Virus record (IMG/VR): IMGVR_UViG_3300050202_000021
Span: 1-42,667 of that record
Strand: one strand, 5' to 3'
DNA length: 42,667 bases
Origin: a virus
The position numbers and the translations under genes are program-made. Position 1 is the first letter of the stretch; each line of letters begins with the position of its first letter. Shown in pieces: positions 6,895-13,379 of the stretch. The notes under the pieces are model-generated. The model was not told the origin of the DNA, made no database searches, and saw nothing but the letters and a program-made list of their open reading frames with translations.

Positions 6895-8765
6895 AAGTCA
6901 TATTCCTGCGTCGGGATTTCCCAATTGTTGCGATCATGCAACCAAGCCAATTCGCCACTTTTCATAAGCTGTTGACGCACGACACTCGCGTCGATTCCTA
7001 GCCGTCCTGAAATTTCCTGCGCCAGCGTAGCAGTCGAAGCCTTGCCACCCATGCCTTCCAAAGTTTTCACGACCTCTTTAACGCTTGCCCACTCATAGCG
7101 CGATTTTCCCGGTCCCTGTATTTCTGCGGGCACGGTTTCCGCACGCGCAAGAATGATCGAACCGCCGAATTCCTTGACTTGAAAATAGCTGATTTCATCC
7201 GAGACGTCTGCGTCTTTTTGTTTCCTTACGCGAAGCTCTGTCCCCCCTTGACGCAATTTTGTCGAAATCACCGCGTCCATATTCGCATAAAATGCGCTCG
7301 ATCCGCGCGCGCCCTTGTTCTGATCCTTGCCGGTGTGATGGATAGCGAGCACAAAACATTCGTAATAGCGCGCAAGCTGCTCCATGAAATTCGTTATCAT
7401 GCTTGCATCTTTGGCGGAATTTTCGTCCATCCCGGTTAGCAGGCGCGTCATTGTGTCGATCACGATCAGCGCAGGCTTGGCCTTCAATAGTGTCAAATCC
7501 TCTTTGACGTGCTCCCAGGCTTGCGTATCGGTGAAGAAAGGCACGCGATCCTTTATGAAAAATCGGTGATCGTTTCGAAATTCGATCCCCTGCCATTCCA
7601 TCCACGCGGGCCAACGCTTTTTGCCGGTCGCAACCGGCCCTTCGCCTGCCATGAAAAGCACATCGTTTTTAACCGGCGGTGCGCCCCATTGACCGGGAAC
7701 GCCAAACGCAAGCGATAGTGCCATGTCGAGTGCAATAAAGGATTTGAATGATCCGCTCTCCCCGTAAATCATGCCCGTGCCGGTGCTCGGGATCATATTA
7801 GGGATCAACCATGCGGGATCACGCACGTTGTCGGCATAATCGTGGAGCGCTTGCACGCGGTCACGGTCGCGGGGCTCGGGTTCGGGTGGCTCAAATTCCT
7901 GCCCGACAAATGCGGCGAACGCGGTTTCGTTTTCCAGAAAACCTTTGACGCCGCCAGTATCCTCTCCGTAATTTGCGGCGTTGCGAATGAGACCTTCTAA
8001 TTCCCATTCATCCCATGGCGGCTGACAAGCGGCGTTCCAGTGCTCCCACATAAGATCAAAGCACATGCCCGGCGATATGGCTTTGTCCAGAATCGAAGCC
8101 GCCACCTGAAAGGCGAGATTATTGCCGCCGCGCCCTTGCACTGACACGCGTCCCGACTGCACATAGCCTTTGAGCAAATCGACTGCCCACGAAATATTGC
8201 GGGGCTTGTCGGCATCGGGGTTTTTCACAAGCCCTAAAGTATCGGTCTTTTTCCGCTCAGGCACGATGCCGATAATCGCGGCTGGTAACGGTTCGATCGT
8301 GCCCCCCGGCAAAGCCTCATAGCTGCCCTTATCGGTTTTCGATCCAGGCAAAAGCACATAGCCGCCCGAAATTATCTTACCGTCGCGCTTGATCCCGCCG
8401 CGCGTGTCGATCCCGTCCGCAATGCGGCTGGCGGTGCTCGGGCCTTCCCCCTTGAAATAGACGTGTAGACCACCCCTAGGCGTGCGGACCTGATAGGCGC
8501 GGTCAACCGCTGCCCTTATGTCTGCGTCGCGCGCTAGGAGCTTTGCCCACCAATCAAGCCCGGCCGGGTCAACGTCGATCACGAAAAGCCCGCTAAGGCC
8601 CGTCGCTACTGCCCAATTGAATTCAGGGTTAACGCGCTGCCATTGCGCGATTTGGGCGGGATCGTCGCTCGCTTCATGCCAGCCGTTCGGCGTGGCAGGG
8701 AGCTTGCCGCCCGGCACCACCGGAAAGACCTTGCATCCCTGTAATTGATCCGGTAAACTTTGCAT
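6891..8765 (-). CDS. Bifunctional primase-polymerase (PrimPol) fused to RepA/DnaB-like AAA helicase
   Basis: 624 aa. N-terminal VFPVVPGGKLP..GLFVIDVD..GGLHVYFKG..IDTRGG..GGYVLLPGS. C-terminal Walker A GESGSFKS and Walker B LIVIDTMT. Confidence 0.9.
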   Translation of the reverse strand: MQSLPDQLQGCKVFPVVPGGKLPATPNGWHEASDDPAQIAQWQRVNPEFNWAVATGLSGLFVIDVDPAGLDWWAKLLARDADIRAAVDRAYQVRTPRGGLHVYFKGEGPSTASRIADGIDTRGGIKRDGKIISGGYVLLPGSKTDKGSYEALPGGTIEPLPAAIIGIVPERKKTDTLGLVKNPDADKPRNISWAVDLLKGYVQSGRVSVQGRGGNNLAFQVAASILDKAISPGMCFDLMWEHWNAACQPPWDEWELEGLIRNAANYGEDTGGVKGFLENETAFAAFVGQEFEPPEPEPRDRDRVQALHDYADNVRDPAWLIPNMIPSTGTGMIYGESGSFKSFIALDMALSLAFGVPGQWGAPPVKNDVLFMAGEGPVATGKKRWPAWMEWQGIEFRNDHRFFIKDRVPFFTDTQAWEHVKEDLTLLKAKPALIVIDTMTRLLTGMDENSAKDASMITNFMEQLARYYECFVLAIHHTGKDQNKGARGSSAFYANMDAVISTKLRQGGTELRVRKQKDADVSDEISYFQVKEFGGSIILARAETVPAEIQGPGKSRYEWASVKEVVKTLEGMGGKASTATLAQEISGRLGIDASVVRQQLMKSGELAWLHDRNNWEIPTQEYDL

Positions 8766-8791
8766 CGCTTCCAGCCCGAAGCTCCAAAATG

Positions 8792-8825
8792 AAACCCGTC
8801 GCTTCCAGCCCGAAGCGGCGGGTTT
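8792..8825. other. 14-bp stem hairpin between the upstream gene and the primase gene
   Basis: AAACCCGTCGCTTC cagccc GAAGCGGCGGGTTT. On the plus strand it is followed by TTTTTGTTT; on the minus strand by CATTTTGG. Confidence 0.5.
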
Positions 8826-8837
8826 TTGTTTATCTGT

Positions 8838-9395
8838 CTAGGCGGAAGGTCTGAACGCATCCCCGCGAGCCGCCACCATTAGACCGCCGTCGAGGAACAT
8901 TGCAATAGAATACCAATCATCGCCGCAGCTTGTGGCTTTGTGATGGGCGCGAGCATTGTAATCGCCCACGCCGGTTGTGAGTTTGCTAGAAAAATCGCGC
9001 GAGGGGTATTCGGTGTTAAACCATGCGATGAGGGCGTATTTGCCACCGTGCAAATTGTCGATATCGAGCATCGCGCCGACGCCGTTAAGCGCAAAACGCA
9101 AAACGATTCCCGCCCCTGAATAGCCAGACATTGCCGCCGTGTCGCGGCGCTCAACGGTCGCGCCCCATGCGCCTGCAATTGTTGTGAACGCCAGAGCAAG
9201 CGCTTCCCGATCCGCTTTGCGACCGGCGTTCAAATCGTTAATCCAATCACGCTCGATCGTCGCGGACCTTTTGCCATCCGCACAAAGCACAACATGCGAA
9301 CCGTCGCGCACGGCAATCGCGGACATATCAGGCGCACTGGCGAAATCAGCGCCGATCAGCACGGGCTTGCCGTAGCTTCTGATTTCCTTATTCAT
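8838..9395 (-). CDS. Hypothetical protein
   Basis: ATG at 9395 with GGGAG upstream (MNKEIRSYGKPVLIG...). The longer ORF to 9572 is Arg-rich and overlaps the upstream gene. Confidence 0.6.
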   Translation of the reverse strand: MNKEIRSYGKPVLIGADFASAPDMSAIAVRDGSHVVLCADGKRSATIERDWINDLNAGRKADREALALAFTTIAGAWGATVERRDTAAMSGYSGAGIVLRFALNGVGAMLDIDNLHGGKYALIAWFNTEYPSRDFSSKLTTGVGDYNARAHHKATSCGDDWYSIAMFLDGGLMVAARGDAFRPSA

Positions 9396-9609
9396 AGCTA
9401 TAGACACTCCCGAAATTCCGTTCGAATTCTTCTGGCGACATGCGTGCCGTGCGCGCGATCCGCTGGCGTTGCCGCCACGAGTCCAACACGCCGTGCGCGC
9501 TCGCAAAAGGCCCGTGCAGCGCGCGCCGCCGTTGACGACTAAGGCGCGCTGCCTGCGCTTCGTGCGCGACATTGTGCACGATGGTGAAACCTTCCTTTAC
9601 GTAAGTCAT
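9388..9609 (-). CDS. Hypothetical protein
   Basis: 73 aa from ATG 9609, in an ATGA overlap with the stop of the upstream gene. Confidence 0.55.
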   Translation of the reverse strand: MTYVKEGFTIVHNVAHEAQAARLSRQRRRALHGPFASAHGVLDSWRQRQRIARTARMSPEEFERNFGSVYSYE

Positions 9610-10163
9610 GCGGGGATTTTCCAACCAAAACGCTTGGCCATCGTGGCGGCATAGCGCACACGATCCAGCACTTCGGCACGCTCGGGCCTATCAGCGACAT
9701 AGGCCAACGCCGCGTCGAGACGAAGCCAATGACAATCGCCTCCTATCCACGGCACGCCATCAATCTCAGCAAGCGTGATCTTGATGCCGTTAGCGTAACC
9801 AAGATCGTGAGGGTTGCGCGCCCATTCGCCGATGCGCGCCCCTTCGCCGATGCGCGCCCATTCGCCGATGCTCGCCCCTTCGCCGATGCGTGCCCGTGCG
9901 CCGATGCGCGCCCATTCGCCGATGCGCGCCCATTCGCCGATGCGCGCCCCTTCGCCGATGCGCGCCCCTTCGCCGATGCTCGCCCATTCGCCGATGCTCG
10001 CCCATTCGCCGATGCTCGCCCATTCGCCGATGCTCGCCCCTTCGCCGATGCGTGCCCGTGCGCCGCCGGTAATCCACTCAAGCCCAATCGGGGCGATTTG
10101 CCACCCATCAGCATCTTTTTCCCATGTGGCGGCAATCGCGCCGATGTCTGTCCATTTAGTCAC
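9606..10163 (-). CDS. Hexapeptide-repeat (left-handed beta-helix type) protein
   Basis: GTG at 10163 with AAAGGT upstream (MTKWTDIGAIAATWEKDADGW...). It contains 13-14 consecutive I-G-E-[WG]-A-[SR] hexads. Confidence 0.65.
   Translation of the reverse strand: MTKWTDIGAIAATWEKDADGWQIAPIGLEWITGGARARIGEGASIGEWASIGEWASIGEWASIGEGARIGEGARIGEWARIGEWARIGARARIGEGASIGEWARIGEGARIGEWARNPHDLGYANGIKITLAEIDGVPWIGGDCHWLRLDAALAYVADRPERAEVLDRVRYAATMAKRFGWKIPA
9815..10066. repeat. Tandem 18-bp repeat array (about 14 units) with a higher-order 162-bp duplication
   Basis: Units such as gcgcgcccattcgccgat repeat head to tail. The block gatgctcgccccttcgccgatgcgtgcccgtgcgcc occurs twice, 162 bp apart. Confidence 0.9.
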
Positions 10164-10188
10164 GATATTTACCTTTCTAAAGCAAAAT

Positions 10189-10653
10189 TTATGAAACGAT
10201 TTCAGGACCGTTGCCGCCCGACTGCCAAGGGATATTGCGAAACCGGAAAGCCTGATAGCTGGCACCGTCCAAGCCGGCACCCTTAGGCGGGACTTTTGCC
10301 CACACCTCATAAACCGACACCGCGTTTGCCTCAATCCGATCATAGCGGATAAGCTGAAAATGGTCGATCACGTCGATTGCCTCTTGCTGCCACCGATCCC
10401 AACGCTTTTTATAGCGTGGGCTTTGCAAGAGCTTCACGCCGGTTTCGTGAAGCTCTCCCGCGACGCGCGGCTTGAGATCAGCAATCATCCGCTCGACGGC
10501 GAAAAGCTCTTGTTCCGTCGCATTGCTGCGATTGCCAGGCCATCCGCGCCGCAAGCGCTCGATATGATTGATTGCTTTGCGAATTCCGATGATGTTCGTT
10601 TTTGTGACGCGCCCGGCGGCAATTGCGTCCAGGTGCTTTTGCATCGCGCTCAT
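10189..10653 (-). CDS. Hypothetical protein
   Basis: 154 aa from ATG 10653, in an ATGA overlap with the upstream stop. Confidence 0.6.
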   Translation of the reverse strand: MSAMQKHLDAIAAGRVTKTNIIGIRKAINHIERLRRGWPGNRSNATEQELFAVERMIADLKPRVAGELHETGVKLLQSPRYKKRWDRWQQEAIDVIDHFQLIRYDRIEANAVSVYEVWAKVPPKGAGLDGASYQAFRFRNIPWQSGGNGPEIVS

Positions 10654-10892
10654 ATTGAAAGCTCCCAATTCACGTTGCAGGATCGCAAATGTTCCACAAC
10701 GTCCTGCGTTTGATAGGGTTCGACGATATAGCCCGCTTCACCGCCAAGCGGTGCGATCGGTGCAGGCGGTTCGCCGAAAAATTCGTGCAGGGCTTGGCTC
10801 CCGGCCGCGTCGAGTGGAACAAGCCATCCGCCACCGAAACCGGACGCTGTGGCGCGCACGCCGGGCGTTTGTGGATCGAATATGCCGCTCAC
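10650..10892 (-). CDS. Hypothetical protein
   Basis: 80 aa. GTG start with GGGGAG 9 nt upstream. Confidence 0.6.
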   Translation of the reverse strand: MSGIFDPQTPGVRATASGFGGGWLVPLDAAGSQALHEFFGEPPAPIAPLGGEAGYIVEPYQTQDVVEHLRSCNVNWELSI

Positions 10893-10990
10893 TTGCTTTT
10901 CTCCCCGTGCAGCGCGGCAAGCGCGTGCTGCGTCACCAAATCGGCAAGCTCTTTCGCTTGCTTGGCCTTCATTTCGTCGAGTGTCTGCAT
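10889..10990 (-). CDS. Small hypothetical protein (33 aa)
   Basis: ATG at 10990 with GGAG 8 nt upstream (MQTLDEMKAKQAKELADLVTQHALAALHGEKSK). Its stop is in a GTGA overlap with the next gene. It is below the ORF-track size cutoff. Confidence 0.45.
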   Translation of the reverse strand: MQTLDEMKAKQAKELADLVTQHALAALHGEKSK

Positions 10991-11029
10991 GTCCGTCGCT
11001 CCATTTAGAGTGTATGATGTTACCTAGCG

Positions 11030-11614
11030 TTACAAATCCAACCCCGCAAGCTCTTTTTTCGCAAAATACTGAATTTCATTGCGTGCGCCGATCGACACTG
11101 ATTTCCAGTATCCGGCGAATTCAGGAAGCCTGCGCACGTTCAAAAGCGCAAGCGTGATCCAGGGCGCATTTTGCTCCCTTAGGAACGCGTTAAGCGGCGA
11201 TAGCAGGCGCGCCGCAATCCAGTGATAGGAAACCGTGCGCTCGTCCGGCAAGACGTTCATAAGCCACTGTGCCAAGACCAGCGCCGCGTCGGCATTACCC
11301 TTGCTCGCTTCCTGAATTTCGGCCGTGACGTCGATTGGCGCGCCTGTGGCTTTCACGTCTCCGAGCGTGCGTAATTGCGCTTCAGCGCGTTTCGCATAGG
11401 TTCCACTGATATAACCTAGCTCGTCGATCAACGCGGGATCGTCGATCAGCCATAGCAGCATAGGCAACGTAAATTTCATGTTGCCTCGCATATGGAAAAG
11501 CAATTGCGAAATTTGCTCGCTTTCCTTATCTACTTTCAGCGCGCCGAATTTTTCGATCCTGCGCAAAGTTTTGAGGGGCACGCGCGCTTTTCGCGCCAGT
11601 GTGTAAATATCCAT
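11030..11614 (-). CDS. Hypothetical protein with N-terminal HTH-like segment
   Basis: 194 aa. MDIYTLARKARVPLKTLRRIEKFG. Ends AGLDL. Confidence 0.6.
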   Translation of the reverse strand: MDIYTLARKARVPLKTLRRIEKFGALKVDKESEQISQLLFHMRGNMKFTLPMLLWLIDDPALIDELGYISGTYAKRAEAQLRTLGDVKATGAPIDVTAEIQEASKGNADAALVLAQWLMNVLPDERTVSYHWIAARLLSPLNAFLREQNAPWITLALLNVRRLPEFAGYWKSVSIGARNEIQYFAKKELAGLDL

Positions 11615-11817
11615 TATATCTTACCCTCTTTTTCAAGCCTGCGATAAATTGCACGCGCGCGACCAGTAGAAGCTGTGCCAAGGATAATTTCTATAAGCTC
11701 CCGTTTAGAAAGCATGATAGCCCATTGCCAAAATTCAGGATCTTGCGCGGCTTTCGCGCCTAATCTTTCCGCCTTTGCAAAGCTCGCTTTTCGCCCGTCG
11801 CGATTGGTTTCACTCAC
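11614..11817 (-). CDS. Hypothetical protein
   Basis: 67 aa. GTG start in a GTGA overlap. TAATG overlap with the next gene. Confidence 0.55.
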   Translation of the reverse strand: MSETNRDGRKASFAKAERLGAKAAQDPEFWQWAIMLSKRELIEIILGTASTGRARAIYRRLEKEGKI

Positions 11818-12056
11818 TGCACAAGCTCCTGACTAATCTCACTATAGTTGCTCCACAACGCAGCGAACGCAGCGTACCGATCGAGCGCGCGCGGCCCGTT
11901 TATCAACGCGCCTATTTCGCTTTCGAATTCGATCGCGTCACCGCCTTGAAAATAGACGTCGCGCCCTGCGTCCAGATTTATAAATGCATAGGCACTACCG
12001 TTGCCATAGCTGATTAGTCGAAATGGTGCGCGATCATAAACAATTGTCGAACGCAT
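11814..12056 (-). CDS. Hypothetical protein
   Basis: 80-aa ORF in the tightly packed leftward operon. Confidence 0.55.
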   Translation of the reverse strand: MRSTIVYDRAPFRLISYGNGSAYAFINLDAGRDVYFQGGDAIEFESEIGALINGPRALDRYAAFAALWSNYSEISQELVQ

Positions 12057-12058
12057 AA

Positions 12059-12232
12059 TTATGCCTTTCTGCTAAGGGTTGCCAGACGCAGCGACTCCGC
12101 GTCGCATTTGCGCCAGTCGTCTAAATCGCCGCGAGCGCGAGCTCGGCGCGCGGCTTGATCCTCTTGCAACGCCATCGTCGCAAGGGTGCTGGCATCGAGC
12201 TTGCCAGCCTCTTTCAGCGTGCTGATAGGCAT
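12059..12232 (-). CDS. Hypothetical protein (57 aa)
   Basis: ATG at 12232 with GAGGGG 8 nt upstream (MPISTLKEAGKLDAS...). Confidence 0.5.
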   Translation of the reverse strand: MPISTLKEAGKLDASTLATMALQEDQAARRARARGDLDDWRKCDAESLRLATLSRKA

Positions 12233-12233
12233 A

Positions 12234-12314
12234 TCAATTCCCCTCACTGGCGGTAGCACCAAAATCACGTGCGAACGCGGTGTATCCGGTCGGCAAGATA
12301 AAACGTGGTGGCAT
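12234..12314 (-). CDS. Possible 26-aa leader ORF
   Basis: ATG at 12314 with GGGAG 8 nt upstream (MPPRFILPTGYTAFARDFGATASEGN). Its stop and the next ATG form TGAtATG. Confidence 0.3.
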   Translation of the reverse strand: MPPRFILPTGYTAFARDFGATASEGN

Positions 12315-12369
12315 GTCGAAAGCTCCCGTTGCGATGAATGAGAATTAGTGTGGAAAGATTGAGAAAGCG

Positions 12370-12561
12370 TTAAAGCTCTTGCCGATTAAGATAACCGACA
12401 GTGCGATATGTTGCAACGCAGCGACAAATTCGCAGATAGCGCGGCGTTGTGTAAATATGCGCAGTTTCACGCGCCCATAGCTTTCCGCCCGTCAAACGGT
12501 TTTGAATGCTTGCAAGCACTTCGACACGGTAAAAATGTTGGCGTGCGTGAAACTGGCGCAT
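12370..12561 (-). CDS. Possible small basic protein (63 aa), first gene of the leftward block
   Basis: ATG at 12561 with GGAG 9 nt upstream (MRQFHARQHFYRVEVLASIQNRLTGGKLWARETAHIY...). It overlaps a long inverted repeat, so a non-coding role is equally possible. Confidence 0.3.
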   Translation of the reverse strand: MRQFHARQHFYRVEVLASIQNRLTGGKLWARETAHIYTTPRYLRICRCVATYRTVGYLNRQEL

Positions 12562-12564
12562 ATT
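12453..12564. repeat. 112-bp imperfect palindrome (arms of about 22 bp, centred on a 12-bp perfect palindrome)
   Basis: The arm AAATATGCGCAGTTTCACGCGCC (12453..12475) pairs with GGCGTGCGTGAAACTGGCGCATATT (12540..12564), with two small bulges. The centre TGCTTGCAAGCA lies at 12507..12518. Confidence 0.8.
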
Positions 12565-12590
12565 GAAAATCTCCTGTCTAAAACTGATAA

Positions 12591-12616
12591 GGAAGCAATT
12601 CTTATAAACCGCTTCC
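12591..12616. promoter_or_regulatory. 26-bp operator-like element, copy 1 (GGAAGC-N14-GCTTCC)
   Basis: ggaagcaattcttataaaccgcttcc. 24 of 26 nt are identical to copy 2. The arms are inverted and the core is AT-rich and TATA-like. Confidence 0.5.
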
Positions 12617-12685
12617 TTGCCTGCTAAGGCGTTAGGCGCGATAAAAAGCACTGGCAAGCCGAAAAACAACGCAGATACTAGCGAA

Positions 12686-12711
12686 GGAAGCAATTTATAT
12701 AAACCGCTTCC
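12686..12711. promoter_or_regulatory. 26-bp operator-like element, copy 2
   Basis: ggaagcaatttatataaaccgcttcc. It lies 95 bp from copy 1. Confidence 0.5.
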
Positions 12712-12940
12712 CTTGTTCTCGCGTTATGCGCGCGCGCGTTAGTGGTCGCTAGCTCGCTCGCAGCCGCGCCTTCGGCGCTGCTCGCTCCGCTTGCTCCCCG
12801 ACTCGCCCTCAATAGATGACTGAAAAAATATTCAAACTTCAAAAAATTAAAATCGCCGAAAATGCCGACGCGGGCTGATCCGGACAATCCGTGGCATTTA
12901 TGCTATTCACCCGCGCCCGGTATATGCGCGTTTACCGGAC

Positions 12941-12969
12941 TTTAACGCATGATCGCTATCAGATATAAC
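12941..12969 (+). promoter_or_regulatory. Candidate sigma70-type rightward promoter
   Basis: TTTAAC, then 17 nt, then TATAAC. It lies about 25 nt upstream of the ATG at 12994. Confidence 0.3.
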
Positions 12970-12993
12970 ACTGCGGAACATAGGAGCACGACG

Positions 12994-13110
12994 ATGAACG
13001 CCGAAATTCTGGAAGTTATGCGTTTATTCGGTATCACTGAGCTACAGGCGCGCCGCCACGTCCAGGCACGCCGCGATTATCTGCGCCGTCCGCGCGCAAC
13101 CTTGCATTAA
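12994..13110 (+). CDS. Small hypothetical protein (38 aa)
   Basis: ATG with GGAG 7 nt upstream (MNAEILEVMRLFGITELQARRHVQARRDYLRRPRATLH). It is below the ORF-track cutoff. Confidence 0.45.
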   Translation: MNAEILEVMRLFGITELQARRHVQARRDYLRRPRATLH

Positions 13111-13379
13111 GTATGTAACGCAACGTAATATCAATGCGTTAATATGCGTTAAGATATGACGCTGCGTCACGTATCGGCGCAAGAACCCCGCCAAGGGGAC
13201 CCGCCAGAGATTTTCGCGCCGAGAGGGGGGTATGGTTCGGAGCGGGGCGTGGAATGCCGGGCCGGGTGCCTGCTCGAACCAGATACCAAATTTCCCAATC
13301 CCTCACGCTGCGAAACATCGCACTTTGCAATCGCTCAAAACCATGCCACTAAATTCAAACCATCGCAAAGGCTCACCAC

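Noticed and set aside
8838-9572. N-terminal extensions of ORFs 8838..9572, 9388..9624, 9606..10343, 10189..10668, 12059..12268, 13678..14058, 14087..14368, 14696..15121, 15824..16228, 29271..30101, 31531..32334, 38366..38707, 39173..39811 and 41972..42394
   Set aside because: In each case an internal start has a better Shine-Dalgarno element or an ATGA/GTGA/TAATG junction with the upstream gene. The extension overlaps the upstream gene and has an odd composition.
9815-10066. CRISPR array
   Set aside because: The repeats are contiguous 18-bp units with no spacers and lie in a coding frame.
9729-10286. Several ORFs in other frames and on the other strand across the 18-bp repeat array (9729..10286, 9743..10135, 9790..10077, 9814..10194, 9890..10072)
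   Set aside because: They are open only because a stop-free 18-bp unit is repeated. Only the minus-strand I-G-E-W-A-S frame fits a known fold consensus and connects to non-repetitive flanks with an RBS.
12388-12416. Leftward TTGCAA-N17-TATCTT promoter candidate
   Set aside because: The spacing is good, but it lies inside the 3' end of the candidate ORF 12370..12561. It is also downstream of the operator-like elements. The support is too weak to list as a feature.
12678-12887. 69-aa minus-strand ORF in the control region
   Set aside because: It has low-complexity Ala/Ser/Gly content from the CTCGC-rich tract and no RBS. I treat the region as non-coding and possibly origin-like.
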